DNA from: Peptoniphilus sp.
GTDB taxonomy: Bacteria; Bacillota; Clostridia; Tissierellales; Peptoniphilaceae
Direction of reading: 5' to 3'
Assembly: GCA_029983555.1 (NCBI GenBank)
Contig: JASBZH010000001.1
Location: 21,130-85,129, forward strand
Length of the DNA: 64,000 nucleotides
The notes under the pieces were generated by a model that was given only the letters and a program-made list of their open reading frames with translations, had not been told where the DNA came from and searched no databases. This document shows, piece by piece, positions 18,479-28,172 of the stretch. Within the stretch, counting starts at the first letter, position 1. Each line of letters starts with the position of its first letter. Both the position numbers and the translations under genes were made by a program.

Positions 18479-19486
18479 TTATTCGTAAAAAATTTGTTCA
18501 ATTTCGTCTTTGCTTTTTCTTGTCATTAACTCTTCTACAGCTTTCATTGGCTCATAATTTTCGTATAATACTTTATACATCATATTAGTAATAGGCATTT
18601 CTATGTCTTTTTCTTTTGCTAACTCATAGGCTGCTACAACTGTCTTTATTCCTTCAACAACTTGACCAACAGTCTCAGATGCTTCTTCCATAGATTTACC
18701 CTCTCCTATTAAGATTCCAGCTCTTCTGTTTCTAGAATGCATGCTTGTACAAGTGACAATCAAATCTCCTATACCAGAAAGGCCATTAAATGTGTGTGGA
18801 TCTGCTCCAAGAGACATCCCAAGTTTACTCATCTCATAAATTCCACGAGTCATAAGCGCCGCTTTGGTATTGTCTCCAAACTCTAATCCATCATTAATTC
18901 CAGCAGCTAAAGCAATGATATTTTTTAGAGCTCCACCCATTTCAACACCAACTAAATCACTATTAGTGTAAATTCTAAATACAGGAGTGGTAAATTCTTC
19001 CTGAATGACTTTTGCTTTGTCACTATCTTTTGACGAAACAACTACTGTAGTCGGTATATCTTTTCCAACTTCTTCTGCATGAGATGGGCCAGACAAAGCT
19101 ACAAATGTATTATCTGGTAAAATCTCGCTAGAAATTTCTGAAATTCTCATGTGAGTCTTTTGTTCTAGTCCCTTAGATAAATTTACTATAATTGTATCTT
19201 TATTAACTTTATCTTTAATTTTTGTAAGTACCTCGCGACATGCAGAAGTGGGCACTCCTAAAACAAATACATCGCAATCATCAAGCGTATCATAAATATC
19301 AGAAGTTAAATAAACATCTCCATTAAAGATTGCACCGGGTAAAAATTCTTTATTCTCACGAAAGTTTTTAATATTATAAATAGTCTCTTCTTCTCTTATA
19401 TAAAATTTAAGGTTGTGACCTTTATTGTAGAGAAGTCTCGCCATTGCCGTGCCCCAGCTTCCTCCTCCTGCAACAGTAATATTCAT
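18479..19486 (-). CDS. gpsA: NAD(P)H-dependent glycerol-3-phosphate dehydrogenase
   Basis: GGGSWGTA, SGPSHAEEV, GGALKN, GDLIVTCTSMHSRN. Confidence 0.97.
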   Translation of the reverse strand: MNITVAGGGSWGTAMARLLYNKGHNLKFYIREEETIYNIKNFRENKEFLPGAIFNGDVYLTSDIYDTLDDCDVFVLGVPTSACREVLTKIKDKVNKDTIIVNLSKGLEQKTHMRISEISSEILPDNTFVALSGPSHAEEVGKDIPTTVVVSSKDSDKAKVIQEEFTTPVFRIYTNSDLVGVEMGGALKNIIALAAGINDGLEFGDNTKAALMTRGIYEMSKLGMSLGADPHTFNGLSGIGDLIVTCTSMHSRNRRAGILIGEGKSMEEASETVGQVVEGIKTVVAAYELAKEKDIEMPITNMMYKVLYENYEPMKAVEELMTRKSKDEIEQIFYE

Positions 19487-20073
19487 TTTCTACCTCCAAT
19501 TTTGTTCTCATTTCCATTTATAATTCTTTTTATATTATCTTTGTGTCTGTAAATTCCAAGAACTGCTATAGCTATAATTATTGCTAAACTATATCCACCT
19601 AATCCAGAAAAAATACTGTAAATAATTATAAGCGAAATATAAAAAGCAATAGAACCAACTGACACCATCTTTGTAAATAATGTGAAAAATAGCCAAAATA
19701 AATAACAAATAAATGTTAATTTAAAATTAAAAAATGCAAGTGCGCCAAGCGTAGTTGCTACACCTTTTCCACCTTTAAAATTTCTATAAAATGGAAAATC
19801 ATGACCCAAAATTGCTGCCAAAATTCCTAATGGAACAAATTTTTCTCCAAAAAAATAATTTATTAAAATAACAACTAATGCTCCCTTGAAAAAATCAATT
19901 ATAAAAGTAGATACTCCTGCTTTTTTACCTAAAACTCTCATAGCATTAGTGGTGCCAAGATTTCCCGAACCATATTTACTTATATCTTTATTTAAAAATA
20001 TATTTCCAATAATAGATGCTCCTGATATGCATCCAATCAAATAAGAAATAATAAATACGACTATATAAGTCAT
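19483..20073 (-). CDS. plsY: Glycerol-3-phosphate acyltransferase PlsY
   Basis: GSGNLGTTNAMR, GHDFP...FKGGKGVAT, HKDNIKR. Confidence 0.96.
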   Translation of the reverse strand: MTYIVVFIISYLIGCISGASIIGNIFLNKDISKYGSGNLGTTNAMRVLGKKAGVSTFIIDFFKGALVVILINYFFGEKFVPLGILAAILGHDFPFYRNFKGGKGVATTLGALAFFNFKLTFICYLFWLFFTLFTKMVSVGSIAFYISLIIIYSIFSGLGGYSLAIIIAIAVLGIYRHKDNIKRIINGNENKIGGRK

Positions 20074-21389
20074 CACTTAACCCCGCGATTTTTCAAATCT
20101 AGTATTATTGGAGTTCCATCAAAAGAAAAAGTAGTTCTTATTTGATTTTCAAGATATCTAACATAAGAAAAATGAAATAATTCTTTGTCATTTACAAATA
20201 AAGTAAATCTAGGTGGTCTAACGCTCACCTGAGTTCCATAATAAAGCTTTCCTCTTTTCCCTTTATCAGAAGGTGGCTGATTAGCAAGAACAGCTCTATT
20301 TAATATATCATTTAAAACACCAGTTTGAATTCTATGATTATAATTGTTATTTACTATCTCAATTAAATCTAAAAGTTCATTTACTCTTTGACCAGTCTTA
20401 GCAGATATGAAAATAATTGGAGCATAGAATAAAAATCCAAGTTCCAGCCTAATTTGATTTTCAAACTGCTTCATCGTCTTAGTTTCTTTTTCTATTGCAT
20501 CCCATTTATTTACTGCTATAATTATGGCCTTGTTATTTTCATGAGCAAATCCAGCAATCTTAGAATCTTGCTCTGTAACTCCAACAGTTGCATCTATCAT
20601 AAGTACACAGATATTTGATCTTTCTATAGCCGTAAGTGTTCTAATAACTGAATATCTTTCAACTCCAGGTTCAATTTTTTTCTTTTTTCTAAGTCCTGCA
20701 GTATCCACAAAAATATATTCATTGTCTTTGTGTTTTATAACTGAGTCTATAGAATCTCTAGTTGTACCAGGTATATCTGTTACGATTGCCCTTTTTTCTC
20801 CAGACAAGTAATTGAGAAGAGATGACTTGCCAACATTTGGTTTTCCCATTAAAGTGACTCTGATTTTATCATCTTCAACTAATTCGTTAACAGGTGTTAG
20901 ATCTTCCACGACTTCATCGAGTAAATCTCCAACTCCAATTCCCTGTTCAGAACTTATGCCAATTGGTTCGCCAAGTCCAAGTTCATAAAAATCATAAATA
21001 TTATCTTTAGTTATTTTTGAATCAAATTTGTTTACAGCAAGAACAACTTTTATCTTTGTTCTTCTCAAAAAATTTGATATCTCCAAATCTGTAGGATTTA
21101 TTCCTTCTGTACCATCTACTACAAAAATTATTACATCAGAAGTGTCAAGAGCAATATCTATTTGTGCTTTTATGCTCGACATAAACACATCATCATCTTT
21201 TAAATCTAGACCACCAGTGTCAACTAATAAAAATTTATAATTTAACCAAGAAGCTTCTTGATAAATTCTATCTCTAGTTACCCCCGGTGTATCTTCAGTT
21301 ATTGAAATCTTTTTACCAACTATTTTATTAAATAAAGTGGATTTACCAACATTAGGTCTTCCAATTATTGAAACTATGGGCATTTCCAT
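20073..21389 (-). CDS. der: Ribosome biogenesis GTPase Der (EngA)
   Basis: Two G domains (GRPNVGKS/DTGG and GKPNVGKS/DTAG) and a KH-like C-terminus. Confidence 0.98.
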   Translation of the reverse strand: MEMPIVSIIGRPNVGKSTLFNKIVGKKISITEDTPGVTRDRIYQEASWLNYKFLLVDTGGLDLKDDDVFMSSIKAQIDIALDTSDVIIFVVDGTEGINPTDLEISNFLRRTKIKVVLAVNKFDSKITKDNIYDFYELGLGEPIGISSEQGIGVGDLLDEVVEDLTPVNELVEDDKIRVTLMGKPNVGKSSLLNYLSGEKRAIVTDIPGTTRDSIDSVIKHKDNEYIFVDTAGLRKKKKIEPGVERYSVIRTLTAIERSNICVLMIDATVGVTEQDSKIAGFAHENNKAIIIAVNKWDAIEKETKTMKQFENQIRLELGFLFYAPIIFISAKTGQRVNELLDLIEIVNNNYNHRIQTGVLNDILNRAVLANQPPSDKGKRGKLYYGTQVSVRPPRFTLFVNDKELFHFSYVRYLENQIRTTFSFDGTPIILDLKNRGVK

Positions 21390-21410
21390 ATAATCACCCC
21401 TATCTTAATT

Positions 21411-21439
21411 ATTATAACAAATGCAAATTCTATATTCAA
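21411..21439 (-). promoter_or_regulatory. SigA-type promoter for der-plsY-gpsA
   Basis: TTGAAT-N17-TATAAT with TGn extension. Confidence 0.7.
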
Positions 21440-21517
21440 TTTACTATTTTAAATTATTGATATTAATTTGAAAATGTTTTTATTTTTTAAATAAAATTCT
21501 GGCTTTACTTTTTATAA

Positions 21518-21546
21518 TTGAGATTAACCTTTTTAAATAGTATAAT
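21518..21546 (+). promoter_or_regulatory. SigA-type promoter for the thrE pair
   Basis: TTGAGA-N17-TATAAT, 15 nt before the ATG. Confidence 0.7.
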
Positions 21547-21561
21547 TTAGTTGGTGATAGT

Positions 21562-22341
21562 ATGGCAAAAGCTATAAACGACTTAAAAGAAGCAAAGGAT
21601 CTCATGAATCTATCATTATTTGCTGGTGCTTTGCTAATTCAAAATGGTGCTGAAAGTTATCGTGCAGAGGATACAGTAGAAAGAATGTGTAAGTCTGTTT
21701 CCAATATATCTAGAGTTTCTGCATATGCTCTACCTTCAGCAATTTTTTTAACAATAGAATATGATGGTGAAACTCTAAGTAATTTTAGAAAAATAACTAT
21801 CTCTGATACAGATATGAGTAAAATTGATAAGGTCAACTCTTTTTCAAGGAAATTTGTTGCTAAAGATTTTTCAATTTTAGAATCTTATGACATATTAAAT
21901 GAAATCGATAGCACAAATGAAGAACCTATAAATTTACATTTTGGTGCTGCCATTGCTGCCCCTTTTTTTACTATATTATTTGGTGGAGTTATAAATGATT
22001 TCTTGCCTAGTATGGTGATAGGATTTTTGGCAAGTATCGTTTTGGCAAGAATTTCAAAATATAAATTATCTTTTTTTATGAATAATATTATTACTGCTTT
22101 TTTTATATCAATACTCGCAATATTTTCTGTAGAGATGAACATTGGGATAAATGCCGATTTAATAATAATTGGAGATATAATGCTTCTCGTTCCTGGCGTC
22201 GCTATTACAAACTCAGTTAGAGATATTATGAGCGGAGAATTTATAACTGGCGCAATAACTATGGTAAAAGCTTTTTTTATAGCTCTTGCGATTGCTTTTG
22301 GTGTTGGTCTTGGGCTTAAAATTACGGGGTATATATTATGA
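21562..22341 (+). CDS. Threonine/serine exporter ThrE family protein
   Basis: NGAESYRAEDT, LVPGVAITNSVRD; multiple TM segments. Confidence 0.9.
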   Translation: MAKAINDLKEAKDLMNLSLFAGALLIQNGAESYRAEDTVERMCKSVSNISRVSAYALPSAIFLTIEYDGETLSNFRKITISDTDMSKIDKVNSFSRKFVAKDFSILESYDILNEIDSTNEEPINLHFGAAIAAPFFTILFGGVINDFLPSMVIGFLASIVLARISKYKLSFFMNNIITAFFISILAIFSVEMNIGINADLIIIGDIMLLVPGVAITNSVRDIMSGEFITGAITMVKAFFIALAIAFGVGLGLKITGYIL

Positions 22342-22787
22342 ATTATTTTATAGAATTTTTTGTCGCTTGTTTTGGCACTTACGGTTTTACAATATTTTTT
22401 AAACTTCCGTTTAATGTCAGAAAAATTGTTTCAATTTTAAGCGGAGTTATTTGGGTTACATATAAATATTTGCTAATAAATACTGGGAATTATTTAACAT
22501 CAGGACTTATAGCTTCAATTATTATAGGAGTGTGTTCTGAAACTCTAGCAATCTATATTAAAAAACCAGCTACAGTTTTTTCACTTCCATGCTTAATTCC
22601 GCTAGTTCCTGGAGCAGGAATGTACTACATTATGTATTACTTTATAGAATCTGATTATACTATGATGAGAACGTCTCTTATAAATACCATATTAACTACT
22701 ACTGGACTTGCTCTTGGAATAATTTCATCGCAAGCAATATTTAGGCTATTTCGCCAATTGATTAAAGAAAAAAGGAACCTCGGATAA
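22338..22787 (+). CDS. Threonine/serine exporter ThrE_2 family protein
   Basis: KKPATVF...IPLVPGAGMY; ATGA overlap with the upstream thrE gene. Confidence 0.88.
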   Translation: MNYFIEFFVACFGTYGFTIFFKLPFNVRKIVSILSGVIWVTYKYLLINTGNYLTSGLIASIIIGVCSETLAIYIKKPATVFSLPCLIPLVPGAGMYYIMYYFIESDYTMMRTSLINTILTTTGLALGIISSQAIFRLFRQLIKEKRNLG

Positions 22788-22810
22788 ATATTCTGAAGTT
22801 CCTTTATTTT
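22768..22810. terminator. Bidirectional terminator between convergent thrE2 and traB
   Basis: AAAGGAAC...GTTCCTTT stem flanked by A- and T-runs. Confidence 0.7.
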
Positions 22811-23961
22811 TATAATAAATTTTGTATAATTTTTGTTCCCGCAATAATTGTTCCAATTGTAGAACCAATATTTGCCATTATAACAACGAGAAGTGCCTTT
22901 AAGAATTTATTTTTAAACCAAGATTTCAATTTAAAAATATCCTCTGGGATATTATTTACATCTTCAACTGTCGGTTTTCTAACTGTGGCCTCAACAAGAC
23001 CTGCAAACCAACCGCATGCAAGAACTGGGTTTACTGAAGTAAATGGCGCAACTACAAAAGCTGTCAAAATACTCAATGGATGCGCAAGACTCAAAATAGA
23101 AAACAAAGCTGCAAACAGAGAATTAAATATTATCCATGACTTTAACTGACTCATTCCAGTATTTATACTTGTGTAGAAAGAATAAACAATTAAAGCTACA
23201 ATTAAAACCGGAATAATCCAAGGAAGAATTTTACTTCCAAAAGATTTTTCTGGAATTTTATTTAACTCGTCTATATCTTGTTCTTTAAAAATTTCTTTTT
23301 CAACACCTGGTGTGTGAGCAGCTCCAAGAACAGCTACAACTTTGTCCCCAGGAGCATTTTTAATATTATAAGCTAAATATTCATCTCTTTCATGTAAAAG
23401 AGTATTAGCAATTTGAGGATAAGTCTTTCCAAGATCATTTATCACATTTTCTAGATTGTCTCTCTTAATCAAATCAGATAATTCATCTTCTGAAACTTCT
23501 TCTTCATCATCTGCAAAAATTAAAGATACTGTCAACTTTATTTTTTCAAAAAACCCCATATGTCTCCAAATTCTTTTAAAAGTTGTCTGTATATCTCTAT
23601 CTGCTAATACAAGCTCTGATCCCATTTTTTCTGCAGACTCCATGCCTTGTATCATTTCTTGGCCAGGTTTTGTTTTTAGTTTCTTTGCAATATTCTTTTG
23701 ATAAGAGCTAAGTATTAAGTTTGCAATTAACATTGTGACTTTTTTTTGTTTTATCACATCTATAACATTTGTATTTTTCCACTTTTCTGGATCTTTTAAA
23801 CTATTATATCTTCCCTCATCAAGTTCTATACACACTGAATCAGGATTTTCTTTCTCTATTGTTTCCTTAACTAACTTTGCACTCTCTACAGAAACGTGAG
23901 CTGTGGGTATTAAAATTATATCTTTGCCATTATAATTAATTCTTATTAAACTATCTTCCAT
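22810..23961 (-). CDS. TraB/GumN (PrgY-like) family protein
   Basis: TAHVS, VCIELDEGR, PGQEM, DRDIQTT, ERDEY, VLGAAH, C-terminal TM domain. Confidence 0.92.
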   Translation of the reverse strand: MEDSLIRINYNGKDIILIPTAHVSVESAKLVKETIEKENPDSVCIELDEGRYNSLKDPEKWKNTNVIDVIKQKKVTMLIANLILSSYQKNIAKKLKTKPGQEMIQGMESAEKMGSELVLADRDIQTTFKRIWRHMGFFEKIKLTVSLIFADDEEEVSEDELSDLIKRDNLENVINDLGKTYPQIANTLLHERDEYLAYNIKNAPGDKVVAVLGAAHTPGVEKEIFKEQDIDELNKIPEKSFGSKILPWIIPVLIVALIVYSFYTSINTGMSQLKSWIIFNSLFAALFSILSLAHPLSILTAFVVAPFTSVNPVLACGWFAGLVEATVRKPTVEDVNNIPEDIFKLKSWFKNKFLKALLVVIMANIGSTIGTIIAGTKIIQNLL

Positions 23962-23987
23962 ACTTCTCCCTAAATATTTAAAGTTAA

Positions 23988-24974
23988 TCAGTCAATTTTG
24001 TCATTAACTTCAAAAATTTTTCCATTATTTTTGTCAAAAAATGTAATATTTATTTCCTTGCTGTCAATTTTCTCACTCATGAGAACAAAATCATCTCGTT
24101 TTAATTGCCTAATGTCGTCATTCTTCGTCACATTTAGCCCCGCAACTTCTTTTGCATAAGAATTTAACATGTCAATACAAAAAGCATTCAAGTGATTTAG
24201 TACATCTAAATCTTTTTCTTCTAAAACAATTGACTCATCTTTAAGCAATTTATCTAATATGTCTATTCGACTATTTGTAAAATCATAAGAAGAGTCTATT
24301 CCATCATATATATTTTTATAAGTGTTCAAATAACGCTTATTTAAAGCTAATAGATATAAATTTCTCTTCTTTAATGTATCAGAATTTGAATTGTCATTTA
24401 AAAGTATCGACTTCGCTAAATAATTGTCACCATTTTCAATATATTCAATTATCCCCAAATTTTGGATAATGCTAAAATTATTTCGAGAAATCTTATAATT
24501 TAAATTCTCATTTATATAAGAATTAATGACGGTTGGTAAAAAAATAATATTGTCCTCACCATCCTGAGTATTCCTATCTGGATTAAAGAAAAACCCTTCA
24601 AGTGGAATAAAAGTATTTGCATTATCAAATCTAGAATAGTAAAAATCAAATTTATTATCTTGAAGTCTATTATAAGTATTTGAAAGTTCATTTTTTAGAT
24701 CAGATATTTCAGCTTTTTTATCTGACAAAACTCCAAACTTAGTTATCTCGCTATCGATACCTTCAATTTTTGATTTTTTAGTACTGATTTCAGTTTCTAA
24801 TGATTTTTGGCTGGCTCTTGCTTTTTCTAACTTTTTATTTAGATTTGTATTTTCTGATGAAAGTTCTAAATAACTTTTATCAATTTTTCTATTATCACCT
24901 ATTGAAATAAAAATTAAAATAAATGAAATAATCATTAAACCTATTGAAATTCTGATTTTATTATTTTCTTTCAT
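23988..24974 (-). CDS. Hypothetical membrane-anchored coiled-coil protein
   Basis: 328-aa ORF; N-terminal TM then heptad repeats; ATGA coupling to the upstream ORF. Confidence 0.8.
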   Translation of the reverse strand: MKENNKIRISIGLMIISFILIFISIGDNRKIDKSYLELSSENTNLNKKLEKARASQKSLETEISTKKSKIEGIDSEITKFGVLSDKKAEISDLKNELSNTYNRLQDNKFDFYYSRFDNANTFIPLEGFFFNPDRNTQDGEDNIIFLPTVINSYINENLNYKISRNNFSIIQNLGIIEYIENGDNYLAKSILLNDNSNSDTLKKRNLYLLALNKRYLNTYKNIYDGIDSSYDFTNSRIDILDKLLKDESIVLEEKDLDVLNHLNAFCIDMLNSYAKEVAGLNVTKNDDIRQLKRDDFVLMSEKIDSKEINITFFDKNNGKIFEVNDKID

Positions 24975-25786
24975 TTCTTATCACCTTTTTCCAAAGAGAC
25001 TATAAGACCTCTATTTTTATAAAAAGGCACGAGATATTCTTTAAATTTATCTTTTATTGAATTAAAATCTTTTGAATTAAGACCACCTGTTGAATATCCT
25101 AAGTTTTCAATTTCGGATAAAATTTCCGAATAAGTATTTATATCAGAATACACATCAGCCAAACTCTTATAAGAACCTTTAGTAAAATCTTTAATTTTAT
25201 ATCCATATATTGATAAATAATATATAAGAGAATTTAATTCTTTAGACTCTGTATTTGAATTCTTTATTTTAGAAACAAATCCATCTGACTCTTTAATTAA
25301 TTCATCTACACTTAATTCTTTGTAAATATTTTTACTTCTTTCAAAGTTGTTTTCACTAGATAAATTGAAAAAAAGGTCCACTGATTTATCATAGATTTCA
25401 TTTGAATATATGTTTGATTCAAAATATTTAGAATTATCTTCAATAAGCTTTGTCATATTATTTAAAAGCTCATCATTTTCAGCTTGAAGATCTCCAAGTA
25501 TCTTTTGAACTTCTTCCTTCTTATCACCATCAAATTGATAACCATAATTTTCATAGAAATCAATAGATTTTTTGTTTAATATAACTTCAGTATCTGATAA
25601 TTCTTTTCTGAGATTTTTCACATTTTTATTTGCCAATTCAATTTTTGAAACTAAAACCTCATTTTCTGCAGAAAGTTTTTTTGAGTATTTTAAATTGAAT
25701 TTAGTATAAATAAAAAATATAACTGAAAAAGCAACCAGAACTATTGAAAAAACAAGTAGAACTTTTCCCCAATTTTTTTTAGCCAT
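24971..25786 (-). CDS. Hypothetical membrane-anchored coiled-coil protein
   Basis: 271-aa ORF; AGGTGA SD; N-terminal TM then heptad repeats. Confidence 0.8.
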   Translation of the reverse strand: MAKKNWGKVLLVFSIVLVAFSVIFFIYTKFNLKYSKKLSAENEVLVSKIELANKNVKNLRKELSDTEVILNKKSIDFYENYGYQFDGDKKEEVQKILGDLQAENDELLNNMTKLIEDNSKYFESNIYSNEIYDKSVDLFFNLSSENNFERSKNIYKELSVDELIKESDGFVSKIKNSNTESKELNSLIYYLSIYGYKIKDFTKGSYKSLADVYSDINTYSEILSEIENLGYSTGGLNSKDFNSIKDKFKEYLVPFYKNRGLIVSLEKGDKK

Positions 25787-25793
25787 ATTTCAC

Positions 25794-26216
25794 CTACATT
25801 TTTTTTAGAATCATTAAGCTAGATACATTTTTTTGGAATTTTTTATCAATCCTATGAATAATAAAATAGGAAATTGCCATAAAACATAATCCTATAATTA
25901 AAGACAAAATATCTATATTATTCACTCCGTTTGTAGATAATATGCTATAAGAGATTGAAGTGCCTCCCAGTAAAAATAATAGAGGCAGTCCATACACTAA
26001 TAGCTTATAATTAAAAACAGATTTATCATTTACATCTAATTTTACTAAGTCTCCAACTTTTGCTGAAACTGTATTTTTAAATTCTAAATATTCCAACTGT
26101 GATTCAGCACAGTGAGCATTGCAAGAATCGCAGCTTTCACCACAAGCGCTTTTTTTCATAAATTCAACAATAATTTTATCGTCTATTACTTTTCTAACAA
26201 TGCCTATACCTTCCAT
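25794..26216 (-). CDS. RseC/MucC family protein
   Basis: SACGESCDSCNAHC, AKVGDLV, LVYGLPL, two C-terminal TM segments. Confidence 0.88.
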   Translation of the reverse strand: MEGIGIVRKVIDDKIIVEFMKKSACGESCDSCNAHCAESQLEYLEFKNTVSAKVGDLVKLDVNDKSVFNYKLLVYGLPLLFLLGGTSISYSILSTNGVNNIDILSLIIGLCFMAISYFIIHRIDKKFQKNVSSLMILKKM

Positions 26217-26225
26217 TAAATCACC

Positions 26226-28004
26226 TTATTTCTCTTCAATTACTGATACGTGTACCTCTTCTAATTGTTCTTTTGATAACTCACTAGGAGCACCAGTTAA
26301 TAGACAAGTAGCCTGTTGTGTCTTAGGAAATGCTATTACATCTCTAATACTATCAGCATTTGTAAATAACATTACTAATCTATCAAGTCCAAAAGCAAGT
26401 CCTCCATGTGGTGGAGCACCATATTTAAAGGCATCTAATAAGAATCCAAATTTTTCTTTTGCCTCTTGTTCATCTAGTCCAAGTGCGTCAAACATTTTTT
26501 CTTGTATTTCAGGATCATTAATTCTTATACTTCCACCACCTATTTCATCGCCATTTATTACGATGTCATAAGCTTTTGCCCTTGCATTTTCTTTATCATT
26601 TGAAAGCTTATCTATATCTTCATCAAGTGGACTTGTAAAAGGATGGTGCATAGCAACATATCTATTTTCTTCTTCGTCAAATTCAAATAATGGGAATTTT
26701 GTAATCCATACTAGTTTAAAGTCATCTTTATCAATTAAATCAAGATCTCTTGCAATTTTATTTCTCAAATTTCCAAGGCCGCTGTAGACTACAGAGTTTT
26801 TATCCGCAAGAATCAAAATTAAATCGCCCTTTTTAGCATCAAATGCTTCTAAAATTTGATTCATTTTATCTTCAGAAATAAATTTAGCAATTGGAGAATC
26901 TACTTCATCTTCATATTTTATCCAACTAAGTCCCATTGCTTTATAATCTTTTACAAATGATTCTAATTTTTTGACTTGTTTTTTTGAATAAGCATTAGCT
27001 CCGCCATCTACTTTAATACCGCGAACACTCCTACCTTCAGAAACATTATTTTCAAAAACTTTAAATCCACAATCTTTTACAATTTCAGAAATATCAACTA
27101 GTTCCATTCCAAATCTTAAATCTGGCTTATCTACACCAAATCTATCCATTGCTTCTTTATATTCCATTCTTGGAATAGGAAGATCTATGTCTTTACCTAA
27201 TAATTCTTTAAATAATTTTTGTAAGAATTTTTCATTTATTCCCATTACATCTTCTTCAGTAACAAAAGACATCTCTAAGTCAATTTGTGTAAATTCTGGC
27301 TGTCTATTTGCCCTTAAATCTTCATCTCTAAAGCATTTAGTTATTTGAATATATCTATCTAATCCTGCAACCATAAGAAGTTGTTTCATAAGCTGAGGAG
27401 ATTGTGGAAGTGCATAAAATTTACCAGCATTTACCCTACTTGGAACTAAATAGTCTCTAGCTCCTTCAGGAGTAGGTTTTGTAAGCATTGGAGTTTCCAC
27501 TTCAATAAATCCATTTTCATAAAAGAAATCGCGAGTAATTTTATAAATTTCTGAACGAATTTTAAGATTTTTTTGCATACTTGGCTTTCTCAAATCAAGA
27601 GCTCTATACTTTAATCTCATATTTTCAGAAACATTGTCGTTATCTTTAATGTATATTGGTGGAACTTCAGATTCACTTAAAATTTTAAGTTCTTCTCCAA
27701 GAACTTCAACTCTTCCAGTATCAATATTTTCATTGATAGAAGATCTCTGTCTAACTTTTCCTCTAATTGCTATTACAAATTCTCCTCTAACATGGCCTGC
27801 TTTTTCTAATAATTCTTCTCCAAAAGAATCATCAAAAACAATTTGTGCAATTCCTGTTCTATCTCTTAAATCTATAAAAACTATTGAGCCAAGAGATCTT
27901 TGTTTCGCAACCCAGCCCATTAATGTAACTTCTTGGCCTATGATTTCCTCAGAAATTTCATTACAATACATTGATCTCTTTAGGTTTCCCATACTCTCTG
28001 CCAT
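26226..28004 (-). CDS. aspS: Aspartate--tRNA ligase
   Basis: FIDLRDRTG, PEGARDYLVPSR, LPQSPQ, FRDEDLRANRQPEFTQ, GAPPHGG. Start set at ATG 28004 behind GAGGAGG. Confidence 0.98.
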   Translation of the reverse strand: MAESMGNLKRSMYCNEISEEIIGQEVTLMGWVAKQRSLGSIVFIDLRDRTGIAQIVFDDSFGEELLEKAGHVRGEFVIAIRGKVRQRSSINENIDTGRVEVLGEELKILSESEVPPIYIKDNDNVSENMRLKYRALDLRKPSMQKNLKIRSEIYKITRDFFYENGFIEVETPMLTKPTPEGARDYLVPSRVNAGKFYALPQSPQLMKQLLMVAGLDRYIQITKCFRDEDLRANRQPEFTQIDLEMSFVTEEDVMGINEKFLQKLFKELLGKDIDLPIPRMEYKEAMDRFGVDKPDLRFGMELVDISEIVKDCGFKVFENNVSEGRSVRGIKVDGGANAYSKKQVKKLESFVKDYKAMGLSWIKYEDEVDSPIAKFISEDKMNQILEAFDAKKGDLILILADKNSVVYSGLGNLRNKIARDLDLIDKDDFKLVWITKFPLFEFDEEENRYVAMHHPFTSPLDEDIDKLSNDKENARAKAYDIVINGDEIGGGSIRINDPEIQEKMFDALGLDEQEAKEKFGFLLDAFKYGAPPHGGLAFGLDRLVMLFTNADSIRDVIAFPKTQQATCLLTGAPSELSKEQLEEVHVSVIEEK

Positions 28005-28023
28005 AATTTCCTCCTCAAAATTT

Positions 28024-28052
28024 AAGCTCCAATCCCGTTGGATTTGGAGCTT
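28024..28052 (-). promoter_or_regulatory. GC-rich hairpin in the aspS leader
   Basis: AAGCTCCAA/TTGGAGCTT outer stem plus TCC/GGA inner stem, ending about 8 nt before the SD. Confidence 0.5.
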
Positions 28053-28140
28053 TCTTACGAACACCATAAATGATATATAATACTATAAATTATAGTTTAA
28101 ACTCCTCTAAATAAGGATTTCGTTATTATAAATATATAAC

Positions 28141-28169
28141 ATTATAAATCAATTACGTTTAAATATCAA
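28141..28169 (-). promoter_or_regulatory. SigA-type promoter for the aspS operon
   Basis: TTGATA-N17-TATAAT. Confidence 0.65.
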
Positions 28170-28172
28170 TCT

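Noticed and set aside
21468..21483. Second cre-like sequence (TTGAAAATGTTTTTAT) between der and thrE
   Set aside because: Imperfect palindrome in extremely AT-rich DNA; expected by chance.
22810..23961. TraB as a conjugation gene
   Set aside because: It belongs to the TraB/PrgY/GumN family; no relaxase, T4SS or oriT is nearby.
28005..28067. N-terminal extension of AspS in the ORF track (similar extensions for rluD, spoIID/lytB, ftsY, rpsP, khpA)
   Set aside because: Better SD-linked starts exist downstream, and the extensions do not resemble the families.
28005..28172. T-box riboswitch or 6S RNA upstream of aspS
   Set aside because: No GGTGGnACC antiterminator or stem I motifs; too short and AT-rich for a 6S-like rod.
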